From positions 1-11,651 of the forward strand of contig JBBIRR010000068.1 of NCBI GenBank assembly GCA_037441705.1: a DNA stretch of 11,651 bases, given 5' to 3'. This DNA comes from Ignavibacteriales bacterium. GTDB taxonomy: Bacteria; Bacteroidota; Ignavibacteria; UBA10030; UBA6906. The position numbers and the translations under genes are program-made. Shown one piece after another: positions 1 through 7,290 of the stretch. Under the pieces are notes generated by a model. That model saw only the letters and a list, made by a program, of their open reading frames with translations, searched no databases and had not been told where the DNA came from. The stretch's first letter is position 1; every line of letters starts with the position of its first letter.

Positions 1-9
1 GAGCTTTCT

Positions 10-76
10 GCCTAACTAATGTTTATCTGGTTTCCACCTAACACGCATGCACCGCTTGCTTGTCGGCATAACACGC
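10..76 (-). other. Putative integron attI-like (tyrosine recombinase) site
   Basis: Minus strand reads GCGTGTTATGC (76-66) ... GCGTGTTAGGT (46-36) GGAAACC AGATAAA (28-22) CATTA GTTAGGC (16-10). This gives two direct repeats, then an L-like box, a 5-nt spacer and a GTTRRRY R box, the geometry of attI1 (CCCTAAA-ACAAA-GTTRRRY). No integrase in the window. Confidence 0.45.
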
Positions 77-145
77 GCTGGTGGGTAAATTGTCAAGTTC
101 TTCGTTTCCAAGGTTTTTGGCGTCCTTCAAAAAAATCGTCTGCAA

Positions 146-171
146 GTTAGGCTGTTTCCGTCTAACACACA
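146..171 (-). repeat. Partial second copy of the attI-like motif
   Basis: 154-171 GTTTCCGTCTAACACACA matches 30-47 GTTTCCACCTAACACGCA at 15/18. Minus strand reads GTTAGAC-GGAAACA-GCCTAAC, versus GTTAGGT-GGAAACC-AGATAAA in copy 1. Confidence 0.5.
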
Positions 172-232
172 ACAGCATCTCGTCAGCAATGGGCAATCGT
201 TCTACGGTCTGCTCTGGCGCCGGTATGGCGCC

Positions 233-261
233 AATTTACAAAACGGCTCAGCCGCTGTCAA
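233..261 (-). promoter_or_regulatory. Sigma70-type promoter firing leftwards out of the window
   Basis: Minus strand TTGACA (261-256), 17-nt spacer, TAAATT (238-233). Lies downstream of the korB terminator. Confidence 0.6.
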
Positions 262-341
262 GTAAAATGCCCGGTCCAACCCGCAGGTGCCGGGTGCACA
301 AGCACGTCTTGGATATCCGCGTCCCGCTTGATGGATGAACG

Positions 342-376
342 AAAACAAAAAGGCCCTTGCGCGATGCAAGGGCTTT
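342..376 (-). terminator. Rho-independent terminator of korAB
   Basis: 8-bp stem GCCCTTGC (353-360) / GCAAGGGC (366-373), followed on the minus strand by CTTTTTGTTTT, about 30 nt after the korB stop. Confidence 0.85.
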
Positions 377-407
377 CACTCAGCAATCCTCTTTCACGAA
401 TCTCGCA

Positions 408-1445
408 TCACTGTATCACCCACGTTTCGTCTCCCTCCAACAATTTCTGCAGGTCGCCGACGCCTTTCTTCGCTTTCATGCGAGCGATCTGATCTTCGAG
501 CTGCTGCTCGTATGTCGGGCGTTCCTGCGCAAGGAACACACCCATGGCACGCGGCAGACTCTGATCGTGAATCATGTTGGCGAGAATGAATGCAAGCGTC
601 GAGTCCTTCTCGTTGTGCACCAACAGGTCGCTGATCGAGTATTGACCTTCGGTGATGTTGACGACCTCGGGGGTGAAGCCGTTCAGGCGGATGCCTTTCT
701 CCTTCTGTTTGCCGAACACCAACGGCTTGCCGTGCTCGAGATACACAACGTTATCGTCGCGCGTTTCTTTTTCGGTGAAGCGGAAGAACGCGCCGTCGTT
801 GAACACATTGCAGTTCTGATAAATCTCGACGAACGCCGAGCCTTGATGAAGTCCAGCCCGCCGCACCATCTCCTGAAGATGTTTCGGATCGCGATCCATC
901 GTGCGGGCAACAAAGGTCGCGCTTGCTCCTAACGCAAGAGAAACAGGAACGAACGGGTAATCAATCACGCCATAGGGCGTTGACTTGGTAATCTGCCCCA
1001 GCTCCGAGGTGGGGGAGTACTGTCCCTTCGTCAATCCGTAAATCTGATTGTTGAACAACAGCACTTTGATGTTGAGATTGCGGCGCAACATGTGGATCAT
1101 GTGGTTGCCGCCGATGCTGAGGCCGTCGCCGTCGCCGGTAGCCACCCACACATCCAATTTCGGATTGGCCATCTTCACGCCCGAAGCAATTGCCGGCGCG
1201 CGACCATGAATGCCGTGCAAGCCGTACACATTCATGTAGTACGGGAAACGGCTCGAGCAACCGATGCCCGAGATCGCCACGAAATTCTCTTTCGCGTGAG
1301 GAAATTCCGGGAAGACGCGTTGGACTTGTGCGAGAATGGAATAGTCGCCGCAGCCCGGGCACCATCGTACGTCTTGATCGGACTGGAAATCTTTGACCGT
1401 CAACTTCGCCGGTGCCGAACGTTCCTGTGTGAGTGTCTCAGCCAT
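408..1445 (-). CDS. korB: 2-oxoacid (probably 2-oxoglutarate):ferredoxin oxidoreductase beta subunit, 345 aa
   Basis: WCPGCGD, GIGCSSR, HGRA and the TPP-binding GDGD...NN motif. Start re-assigned to ATG 1445 (MAETLTQ; GGAG upstream; 8-nt overlap with the korA end). Substrate specificity is inferred. Confidence 0.93.
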   Translation of the reverse strand: MAETLTQERSAPAKLTVKDFQSDQDVRWCPGCGDYSILAQVQRVFPEFPHAKENFVAISGIGCSSRFPYYMNVYGLHGIHGRAPAIASGVKMANPKLDVWVATGDGDGLSIGGNHMIHMLRRNLNIKVLLFNNQIYGLTKGQYSPTSELGQITKSTPYGVIDYPFVPVSLALGASATFVARTMDRDPKHLQEMVRRAGLHQGSAFVEIYQNCNVFNDGAFFRFTEKETRDDNVVYLEHGKPLVFGKQKEKGIRLNGFTPEVVNITEGQYSISDLLVHNEKDSTLAFILANMIHDQSLPRAMGVFLAQERPTYEQQLEDQIARMKAKKGVGDLQKLLEGDETWVIQ

Positions 1446-3282
1446 GATGGACTCCAAGTGTTTCGTAAATCTTTTGTTCGATCTCTTCTGCCCTGAGCGG
1501 CAATCCTTTGATTTGATTGAAGCCGATCGCCGGCACAAGGTACTTCGATCGGATCAGCTTGATGAGCTGCCCGTTGTTGATTTCGGGAATCAAAACCTGT
1601 TTGAACTTGTAGAGAATCTCGCCGAGGTTTTTCGGGAATGGGTTGAGGTAGCGCAGATGCGCATGGGAGACTGCATATCCATTCTTCCGAGCCTCCAGGA
1701 CGGCCGCCTTGATGGAGCCGTACGTGCTGCCCCAGCCTAACACAAGCAGGTCTCCTTCGCTGTCGCCTTCGACGGTTTGCGGTGGGATGTCGTCGGCAAT
1801 GCGTTCGATCTTTGCAGCACGCATCTTCACCATGAAGTCATGATTGTCGGGATCGTAGCTGATGTTTCCCGTAACGTGCTGCTTTTCCAATCCGCCGATG
1901 CGATGCTCGAGGCCCGGCGTTCCCGGAATTGCCCACGGACGCGCGAGCGTTTTCTCGTCGCGTGCGTACGGCTGAAACGTCTTCGGATCGCTTGCGAACT
2001 TCACGGGAATCTCGGGCAGCTCATCTACTTTAGGAATGAGCCACGGCTCTGCTCCGTTGGCAACGTAGCCGTCGGTCAGGCAGATGACTGGCGTCATGAA
2101 CTTGATGGCAATGCGGGCTGCTTCGTATGTCGTCGCGAAGCAGTCGGCAGGCGTTGCGGCGGCGAGCACGCAAAGCGGCGCTTCGCTGTTGCGGCCGTGC
2201 ACAGCCTGCAGCAGGTCTGCCTGCTCGGTCTTGGTGGGCAAGCCTGTGCTGGGTCCGCCGCGCTGAACGTCCACGACGACCAGCGGCAGTTCCAGCATGA
2301 TGGCAAGTCCTAACGCTTCGGTTTTCAACGCCATCCCCGGACCGCTCGTTGTCGTTGCGCCGAGCGCTCCCGCATACGAGGCGCCGATGGCAGAACAAAT
2401 CGCGGCGATCTCGTCCTCCGCCTGAAACGTCTTCACGTCGTAGTTCTTGAGTCGAGCCAGCTCGTGCAGGATGTCGCTTGCGGGGGTAATGGGATAGCTT
2501 CCTAAGAATAATTGCAAGCCTGCCTTGCGCGCTGCGGCGACGAGACCCAATGCCGTTGCCACGTTGCCCATGATGTTGCGGTACTTACCGGGCGGGAGTT
2601 TTGCGGGCTTCACCTCATAGCGCGTGGTGAAGAGTTCCACCGTGTCGCCGTAGTTGTAGCCGGCCTGGAGGACGCGCAGGTTCGCTTCCGCCATCTGAGG
2701 ATCCTTCTCTCCAAATTTTTCTTGAATGAACTTGATCGAAAAATCCAGCGGCCGGTTGTACATCCAGTACATCAAGCCGAGCGCGAAGAAGTTTTTCGAC
2801 TTGTCGACAAACTTGGGAGAAAGATTCATGTCGGCGATCGCGTTTGCCGTCATCTTGCTGATGGGCACGCGATAGACCTGGTATTTCGCCAGCGAGCCGT
2901 CTTCCAGCGGATTGGAGGTAATGCCGGCGATCTTGAAATTCTTTTCCGTGAAGGCGTCTTCGTTGACGATGACGGTCCCGTTCTCACGCAGGAGCTTGAT
3001 ATTGGTGATGAGAGCGGCGGGGTTCATTGCCACCAGCACGTCGCATGTATCGCCGGGCGTGAGAATGTCACGGCTGCCGAAGCGAATTTGAAATCCGCTC
3101 ACGCCGTAGGTTGTGCCGGCGGGGGCGCGAATCTCTGCAGGGTAATCCGGCAGTGTGCTCAGGTCGTTTCCCAGCACTGCCGTTGTGTTGGTGAATTGGG
3201 TGCCGGTCAACTGCATGCCGTCTCCCGAGTCGCCCGCAAAGCGAATCGTCACATCCTCCAGCGTCTTGATCGTTCGTTCCAT
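1438..3282 (-). CDS. korA: 2-oxoacid:ferredoxin oxidoreductase alpha subunit (gamma-alpha fusion), 614 aa
   Basis: N-terminal FAGDSGDGMQ and YPAEIR gamma domain; YPITPAS, QAEDEIAA, TTTSGPG and QRGGPSTGLPT motifs; adjacent to the beta subunit. Confidence 0.95.
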   Translation of the reverse strand: MERTIKTLEDVTIRFAGDSGDGMQLTGTQFTNTTAVLGNDLSTLPDYPAEIRAPAGTTYGVSGFQIRFGSRDILTPGDTCDVLVAMNPAALITNIKLLRENGTVIVNEDAFTEKNFKIAGITSNPLEDGSLAKYQVYRVPISKMTANAIADMNLSPKFVDKSKNFFALGLMYWMYNRPLDFSIKFIQEKFGEKDPQMAEANLRVLQAGYNYGDTVELFTTRYEVKPAKLPPGKYRNIMGNVATALGLVAAARKAGLQLFLGSYPITPASDILHELARLKNYDVKTFQAEDEIAAICSAIGASYAGALGATTTSGPGMALKTEALGLAIMLELPLVVVDVQRGGPSTGLPTKTEQADLLQAVHGRNSEAPLCVLAAATPADCFATTYEAARIAIKFMTPVICLTDGYVANGAEPWLIPKVDELPEIPVKFASDPKTFQPYARDEKTLARPWAIPGTPGLEHRIGGLEKQHVTGNISYDPDNHDFMVKMRAAKIERIADDIPPQTVEGDSEGDLLVLGWGSTYGSIKAAVLEARKNGYAVSHAHLRYLNPFPKNLGEILYKFKQVLIPEINNGQLIKLIRSKYLVPAIGFNQIKGLPLRAEEIEQKIYETLGVHHG

Positions 3283-3314
3283 TCGTCTCTCTTATCTATT
3301 CAAACAATAATGAC

Positions 3315-3362
3315 AAAAAAAAATCGACCGTTGCAATAAGTCGATCATTCAGTCGATCATTC
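3315..3362 (-). promoter_or_regulatory. Tandem 12-bp repeat overlapping a terminator-like hairpin in the korA 5' leader
   Basis: AGTCGATCATTC x2 (3339-3350, 3351-3362). Minus strand ATCGACT-TATTGCAAC-GGTCGAT is followed by a run of 8 further T, about 30 nt before the korA ATG. Confidence 0.5.
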
Positions 3363-3406
3363 AAATGATGCGTAAGGGTCTGAAGAACTGCAACAGTGTC
3401 TGACTC

Positions 3407-3435
3407 AAAATAGGGTGTTTAGGAAGCAAAATCAA
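3407..3435 (-). promoter_or_regulatory. Candidate sigma70-type promoter of korAB
   Basis: TTGATT (3435-3430), 17 nt, TATTTT (3412-3407). Confidence 0.5.
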
Positions 3436-3501
3436 GGAGTGATGACGGGAAGCCGACATGCCAACATTCTGTGTGGTGCCGTCTGACCGGCATGCAAGCA
3501 A

Positions 3502-3603
3502 CCAACGAAGCAGACTCATTCTTCGCAAAGCGACAGAACCGTTGGAAAACAACCGATGGCAATACACGCCGCTGGCATGCTGAGCCGCGTTGAACGTCAC
3601 GTC
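3502..3603 (-). pseudogene. Degenerate remnant of the last ~33 codons of a T9SS type A sorting domain (copy D)
   Basis: Translates DVTFNAAQHASGVYCHRLFSNGSVALRRMSLLR, matching the CTD tail of the neighbouring genes (EVTWDATHQTSGVYFYQL...TKRMILLK). The expected stop position is TGG. Shares the 16-mer CCGCGTTGAACGTCAC (3585-3600) with 7163-7178. Confidence 0.75.
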
Positions 3604-3717
3604 GTTGCCGTCCATTTGTATCGGAGTCGGAGAGGAGAGACCATAATCCGCCTCTCTTCTTGATCGAGTCACCTTACTTATAGTTACTATCAAATGAGAC
3701 CGAGGTATGATTTGATA

Positions 3718-5493
3718 CTATTTCAGCAAAATCATCCGTTTCGTTGCAACAAAGCCGTCGGTTTTCAATTGGTATAGGTACACTCCGCTCGCTTGATGAG
3801 TTGCATCCCACGTCGCCTCGTACCTCCCGGGCTGCTTCACTTCGTTCACGAGCGTGGCGACCTCGCGGCCAAGAACGTCGAACACCTTCAACGACACGAA
3901 TCTAACATCCTGAATCCAGAATCCGATGGTTGTGCTCGGATTGAACGGGTTCGGATAGTTCTGCTCCAGCCGAAACTCCTGCGGCACCGCCGGCGATGCG
4001 GCAACATCCGTCGTCGTGTCACCGGCAACGATGGCATAGAGATACGAATGCGGATTGGCACTGCTTCCGCCGAGTATCGTTGTGCTCACGTACACCGTAC
4101 TGCCATCGGGAGTGAATCGCGGGTGATGAACGGGAACGATGCGTGGTTCAGGATAGAATGCACCGGGCAGCGGCACCGTCCAGAGAAGTTGACCGGAACT
4201 GCGACGGATTCCCTTCACGAACCCGACATCGCCGAAGGTCACCACACCGCCTACGACGACCACATCGTTGCGCGGGCTGACCGTGGGATAGTTCAATACG
4301 GTGCCATCTTGATAGACCCAGTTTGGTGTTCGGGTATTGGGATTGAATGCAAAGAGCCGGGCGCCATCCTGCGTGAAGTATACCATTCCGTCCTGCCCGA
4401 CATCCGGCGGAGTCATGCCGCTGACGGCATTCCCATCATAGATCCAGAGGCTCTGTCCGTTTGTGGGACTGAATGCTTCAAGCACCCAGCCGAGACCCGG
4501 CTGTGAACTGAAATGCGTGATGTAGATTGTTCCATCCGGGCCCACCGCAGGTTGTGTTTGCTGCTGTGCAAATGGGTCGTCCACCCCACCGATGGGAACA
4601 GAAAACCGCTGTGAGCCGTCGCCAAGAGAAAACGCCTGAAGCGTCCAGGTTGAAAGTTGAGGCTCGGCAACGACGTACATCTGTTCAACGGGCCCGCCGT
4701 TGGTTCGTGGTCCCAGGACAGTTTCAACTCCGGTCCCACCGTACCAGACAAGTTGTGGGTTCCCCGGATTGTTCCATCGCAATTGTCCGGTTCGGGAAAG
4801 CGAATACGCACCAAGGCCGAGATCGTTTGCAAGATAGAGGTTGCTGTCGGGGCCAATGGCCGGACCGCACTCGATCCCTTGCGCGCCTGCATCGGTAAAA
4901 CGCCAGCGCTCGGTTCCATCCGGATTGATCGCCGTGACGCGCTGGATGCTGCCGACGTAGACTTCACCCTCCGGACCTGCCGCAGGCGGAACGTACGCAT
5001 ACCAGTTCGCTTTGTGAATCCATTTCAATCCTCCATCGGGTGTCAGAGCATACACATACCCTTCCGAACCGTGAACGTACACGGTGCCATCCGGCGCGAG
5101 TGCGGGACGGAACCAGAGATTCTCGACGTCGGCTTCGAATGCCCATTTGACGCGTCCCTGCTGCTGGCGCAGCGTGACGTTCAACTGCACTGCGTTGCTC
5201 GAACCACCGGGAGTCACAACCTGAACCGAGACCGAACCGGGACCCGCTTGCTCCGGCACGTAGGCAGTAATTTGCGACGCACTCCATCGAGAGATTATCG
5301 CGCCGTACCCGCCCACAAGCACCTGGCTTCCTGTGCTGCTGCTTCCGAAGTTCGCGCCGAAGATGCGGAGCCGGCCGCTGCGTGTAAGTGTCTGCGCCGA
5401 AAGTGAATCAATCCTCGGTTGCTGCGCATGAACGATTGTGCTCGCAAGAACAAGTACCGATGTCAGCAGTAAAAAGACTTTTCTGGAGTACAT
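3718..5493 (-). CDS. Secreted protein, 591 aa: signal peptide, IPT/TIG-like Ig domain, PQQ-like beta-propeller repeats, T9SS type A CTD (copy A)
   Basis: Start re-assigned to ATG 5493 (AAGGAG upstream; MYSRKVFLLLTSVLVLASTIVHA signal peptide). PRIDSLS...GANFG...WSASQITAYVP TIG pattern; repeated PA.GPDG.VY...A..PDG..KW blades; CTD LEQNYPNPFNPSTTI...KVFDVLGREVATLVN...SGVYLYQL...KRMILLK. Confidence 0.88.
   Translation of the reverse strand: MYSRKVFLLLTSVLVLASTIVHAQQPRIDSLSAQTLTRSGRLRIFGANFGSSSTGSQVLVGGYGAIISRWSASQITAYVPEQAGPGSVSVQVVTPGGSSNAVQLNVTLRQQQGRVKWAFEADVENLWFRPALAPDGTVYVHGSEGYVYALTPDGGLKWIHKANWYAYVPPAAGPEGEVYVGSIQRVTAINPDGTERWRFTDAGAQGIECGPAIGPDSNLYLANDLGLGAYSLSRTGQLRWNNPGNPQLVWYGGTGVETVLGPRTNGGPVEQMYVVAEPQLSTWTLQAFSLGDGSQRFSVPIGGVDDPFAQQQTQPAVGPDGTIYITHFSSQPGLGWVLEAFSPTNGQSLWIYDGNAVSGMTPPDVGQDGMVYFTQDGARLFAFNPNTRTPNWVYQDGTVLNYPTVSPRNDVVVVGGVVTFGDVGFVKGIRRSSGQLLWTVPLPGAFYPEPRIVPVHHPRFTPDGSTVYVSTTILGGSSANPHSYLYAIVAGDTTTDVAASPAVPQEFRLEQNYPNPFNPSTTIGFWIQDVRFVSLKVFDVLGREVATLVNEVKQPGRYEATWDATHQASGVYLYQLKTDGFVATKRMILLK
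3733..3823. repeat. 91-bp near-identical direct repeat, copy 1 (3' part of CTD A)
   Basis: 86/91 identical to 5547-5637 by manual alignment. Confidence 0.9.
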
Positions 5494-5531
5494 TTGTAGA
5501 GTTCTCCTTCTTGATGATGATATCACGCCGT

Positions 5532-6992
5532 TCATCTCACCATCGCCATCCGTTTCGTTGCAACAACGCCGTCGGTTTTCAATTGGTAGAAGTACACTCC
5601 GCTCGTTTGATGAGTTGCATCCCACGTCACCTCGTACGTTCCCGGCTGGAGATTGTCGTTCACCAACGTCGCCACCTCTCGTCCTAACACATCGTATACC
5701 TTCAATGACACGAATCCCGAACCTCGAACCGAGAAGGGAATGCGCGTTGAGGGATTGAACGGGTTGGGGTAGTTCTGGTACAGCCTTGCCGATTGCGGGA
5801 GGGCATGAGAGTCTTGGACATCGAGGACCGGATCCTGAAGCTTCAGGAGATACGCATCACCCTGCCCGCCGCCGAACGACCATGCCCATCCGCCAACGAC
5901 GACGCCGTCGCTCACAACCTCGACAGAAAATCCTCGGTCATCGTTCGGTCCTCCAAACGTACGAGTCCAGAGGGTGTCACCTGCGGCATTGGTCCGCAGA
6001 ACGTATACATCGAACTGGCCTGCACCGAAGGACCCCGTCTGCCCTGCAATGACAAATCCGCCATCGGGCAATTGGCGAACCGAGTTTGCCTGATCTGAGT
6101 TTGTACCGCCGTACGTTCTTTGCCAGACCGGATTTCCTCCAGCGTCGATCTTGATGAGAAGAACATCCACGTCGGTGTTGAAATCAACCCTACCACCCAC
6201 GAGGAGGAAACCGCCATCGGAGGTGGCAATAACGTCGGTGCATTCATTCACCGAGAGCGTATCGTAGACACGGCTCCAGACGGGAGTACCCAGAGAGTCG
6301 GTTCGAATCAGATAAGAGGCCCAAACTGAGCTGTTCGTGGTGCCGCCTATGATATAGCCATGATCAGGCAACTGCTGAACGGAGAGCGCAACATCGGCGC
6401 CCGGAGAAAAATTGTCGTTGTACTCAAAGGTTCGCTGCCACTGCACATTGCCGGCCGCGTCTGTTTTCACAAGGTACATATCGTAACTGCCGAACGTTGG
6501 CGACCCAAGCCATGCCTGGCCGGCAAGAATGAAACCTCCGTCTGAGGTTTGTCGGACAGAATGCACTCTGGTATCATCACCGAGATCGAATGTGCGTTGC
6601 CAGAGAATATTTCCGATGCTGTCGGTTCGGACCAGCAACGCATGGAAAAGCTGCGGCGAAGGCTCTGTCATACCGCCGATGATGAATCCCCCGTCTGAAG
6701 TCTGACGCACACAGCGACCTCTGTCGTTGAGTGCCGCCCCGAAGGTTTGCATCCATAATTGATTGCCCGAAGCATCGGTCTTCAACAGAAGCACATCGTT
6801 CGTATGATTCGTGTTCAGCGAACTGTTGAATCCGGTGAGGATCAATCCGCCGTCTTGCGTTCTTGCGATCGAAAAGGCACCATCCTGCCAGGCACCGCCG
6901 TAGGTGTGCGACCAGACCAAGTTCTGAGCGGGAAGTGAGCCTGTGAAAGCGAACACAAGCAGGGAGAGCCATATCATACTTTGCTTTTCCAT
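5532..6992 (-). CDS. Secreted beta-propeller repeat protein with T9SS type A CTD (copy B), 486 aa
   Basis: AGGAG RBS; signal peptide MEKQSMIWLSLLVFAFTGSLPA; seven ~50-aa repeats W.rTyGG...D....V.QT.DGGfi.aG.....D.yL.kTD..G; CTD LYQNYPNPFNPSTRI...KVYDVLGREVATLVN...SGVYFYQL...KRMAMVR. Confidence 0.9.
   Translation of the reverse strand: MEKQSMIWLSLLVFAFTGSLPAQNLVWSHTYGGAWQDGAFSIARTQDGGLILTGFNSSLNTNHTNDVLLLKTDASGNQLWMQTFGAALNDRGRCVRQTSDGGFIIGGMTEPSPQLFHALLVRTDSIGNILWQRTFDLGDDTRVHSVRQTSDGGFILAGQAWLGSPTFGSYDMYLVKTDAAGNVQWQRTFEYNDNFSPGADVALSVQQLPDHGYIIGGTTNSSVWASYLIRTDSLGTPVWSRVYDTLSVNECTDVIATSDGGFLLVGGRVDFNTDVDVLLIKIDAGGNPVWQRTYGGTNSDQANSVRQLPDGGFVIAGQTGSFGAGQFDVYVLRTNAAGDTLWTRTFGGPNDDRGFSVEVVSDGVVVGGWAWSFGGGQGDAYLLKLQDPVLDVQDSHALPQSARLYQNYPNPFNPSTRIPFSVRGSGFVSLKVYDVLGREVATLVNDNLQPGTYEVTWDATHQTSGVYFYQLKTDGVVATKRMAMVR
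5547..5637. repeat. 91-bp near-identical direct repeat, copy 2 (3' part of CTD B)
   Basis: 86/91 identical to 3733-3823. Confidence 0.9.
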
Positions 6993-7079
6993 AAAACAAA
7001 ACTCCTAATAGTGGTTGAGTGGTACATTCGTCTTTTCCATTGCTTCGTGAGCATCAGTCCTTTCGCATTTCAGCCACAA

Positions 7080-7290
7080 TCATCTCAACAGAATAAATTT
7101 TTTGGTATCGCTTGAAGTTCCAACCGTCAATCGGTAGTAGGACACGCCGGCGGCAAGATGAACCGCGTTGAACGTCACCTCGTACGTTCCGGGCAGGAGA
7201 TTTTCGTTCACCAAAGTCGCCACCTCCCGTCCCAACATCGTACACCTTGAACGTCACCTGGACGGATTGAACGGGTTGGGATAGTTGAGA
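7080..7290 (-). pseudogene. Cargo-less, frameshifted T9SS type A sorting domain remnant (copy C)
   Basis: Pieces NYPNPFNPS, VTFKVYDV and LGREVATLVNENLLPGTYEVTFNAVHLAAGVSYYRLTVGTSSDTKKFILLR*. Relative to copy B there is a 34-nt and a 2-nt deletion and an in-frame TGA at 7254-7256. No recognisable cargo or signal peptide upstream. Residual 52-aa ORF at 7238-7080. Confidence 0.88.

Noticed and set aside
6-33. XerCD dif site
   Set aside because: TAA and TTA are separated by 7 nt rather than 6, and the right arm does not resemble TTATGTTAAAT.
68-96. Second leftward promoter at TTGACA (96-91)
   Set aside because: No acceptable -10 box at 16-18 nt spacing (TGTTAT or GTTATG).
10-152. A single attC site from GCCTAAC (10-16) to GTTAGGC (146-152)
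   Set aside because: The ends are complementary, but the would-be L boxes (TTTATCTG vs AATCGTC) do not pair, there is no long internal palindrome, and 143 nt is at or beyond the usual upper length.
3361-3693. 110-aa ORF as a real gene
   Set aside because: Only the central ~33 codons resemble a protein (CTD tail). The rest is read-through overlapping the predicted korA promoter, and the start is non-canonical.
3733-5637. Diversity-generating retroelement VR/TR pair
   Set aside because: The five mismatches are not adenine-specific on either strand, both copies lie in coding genes, and there is no reverse transcriptase in the window.
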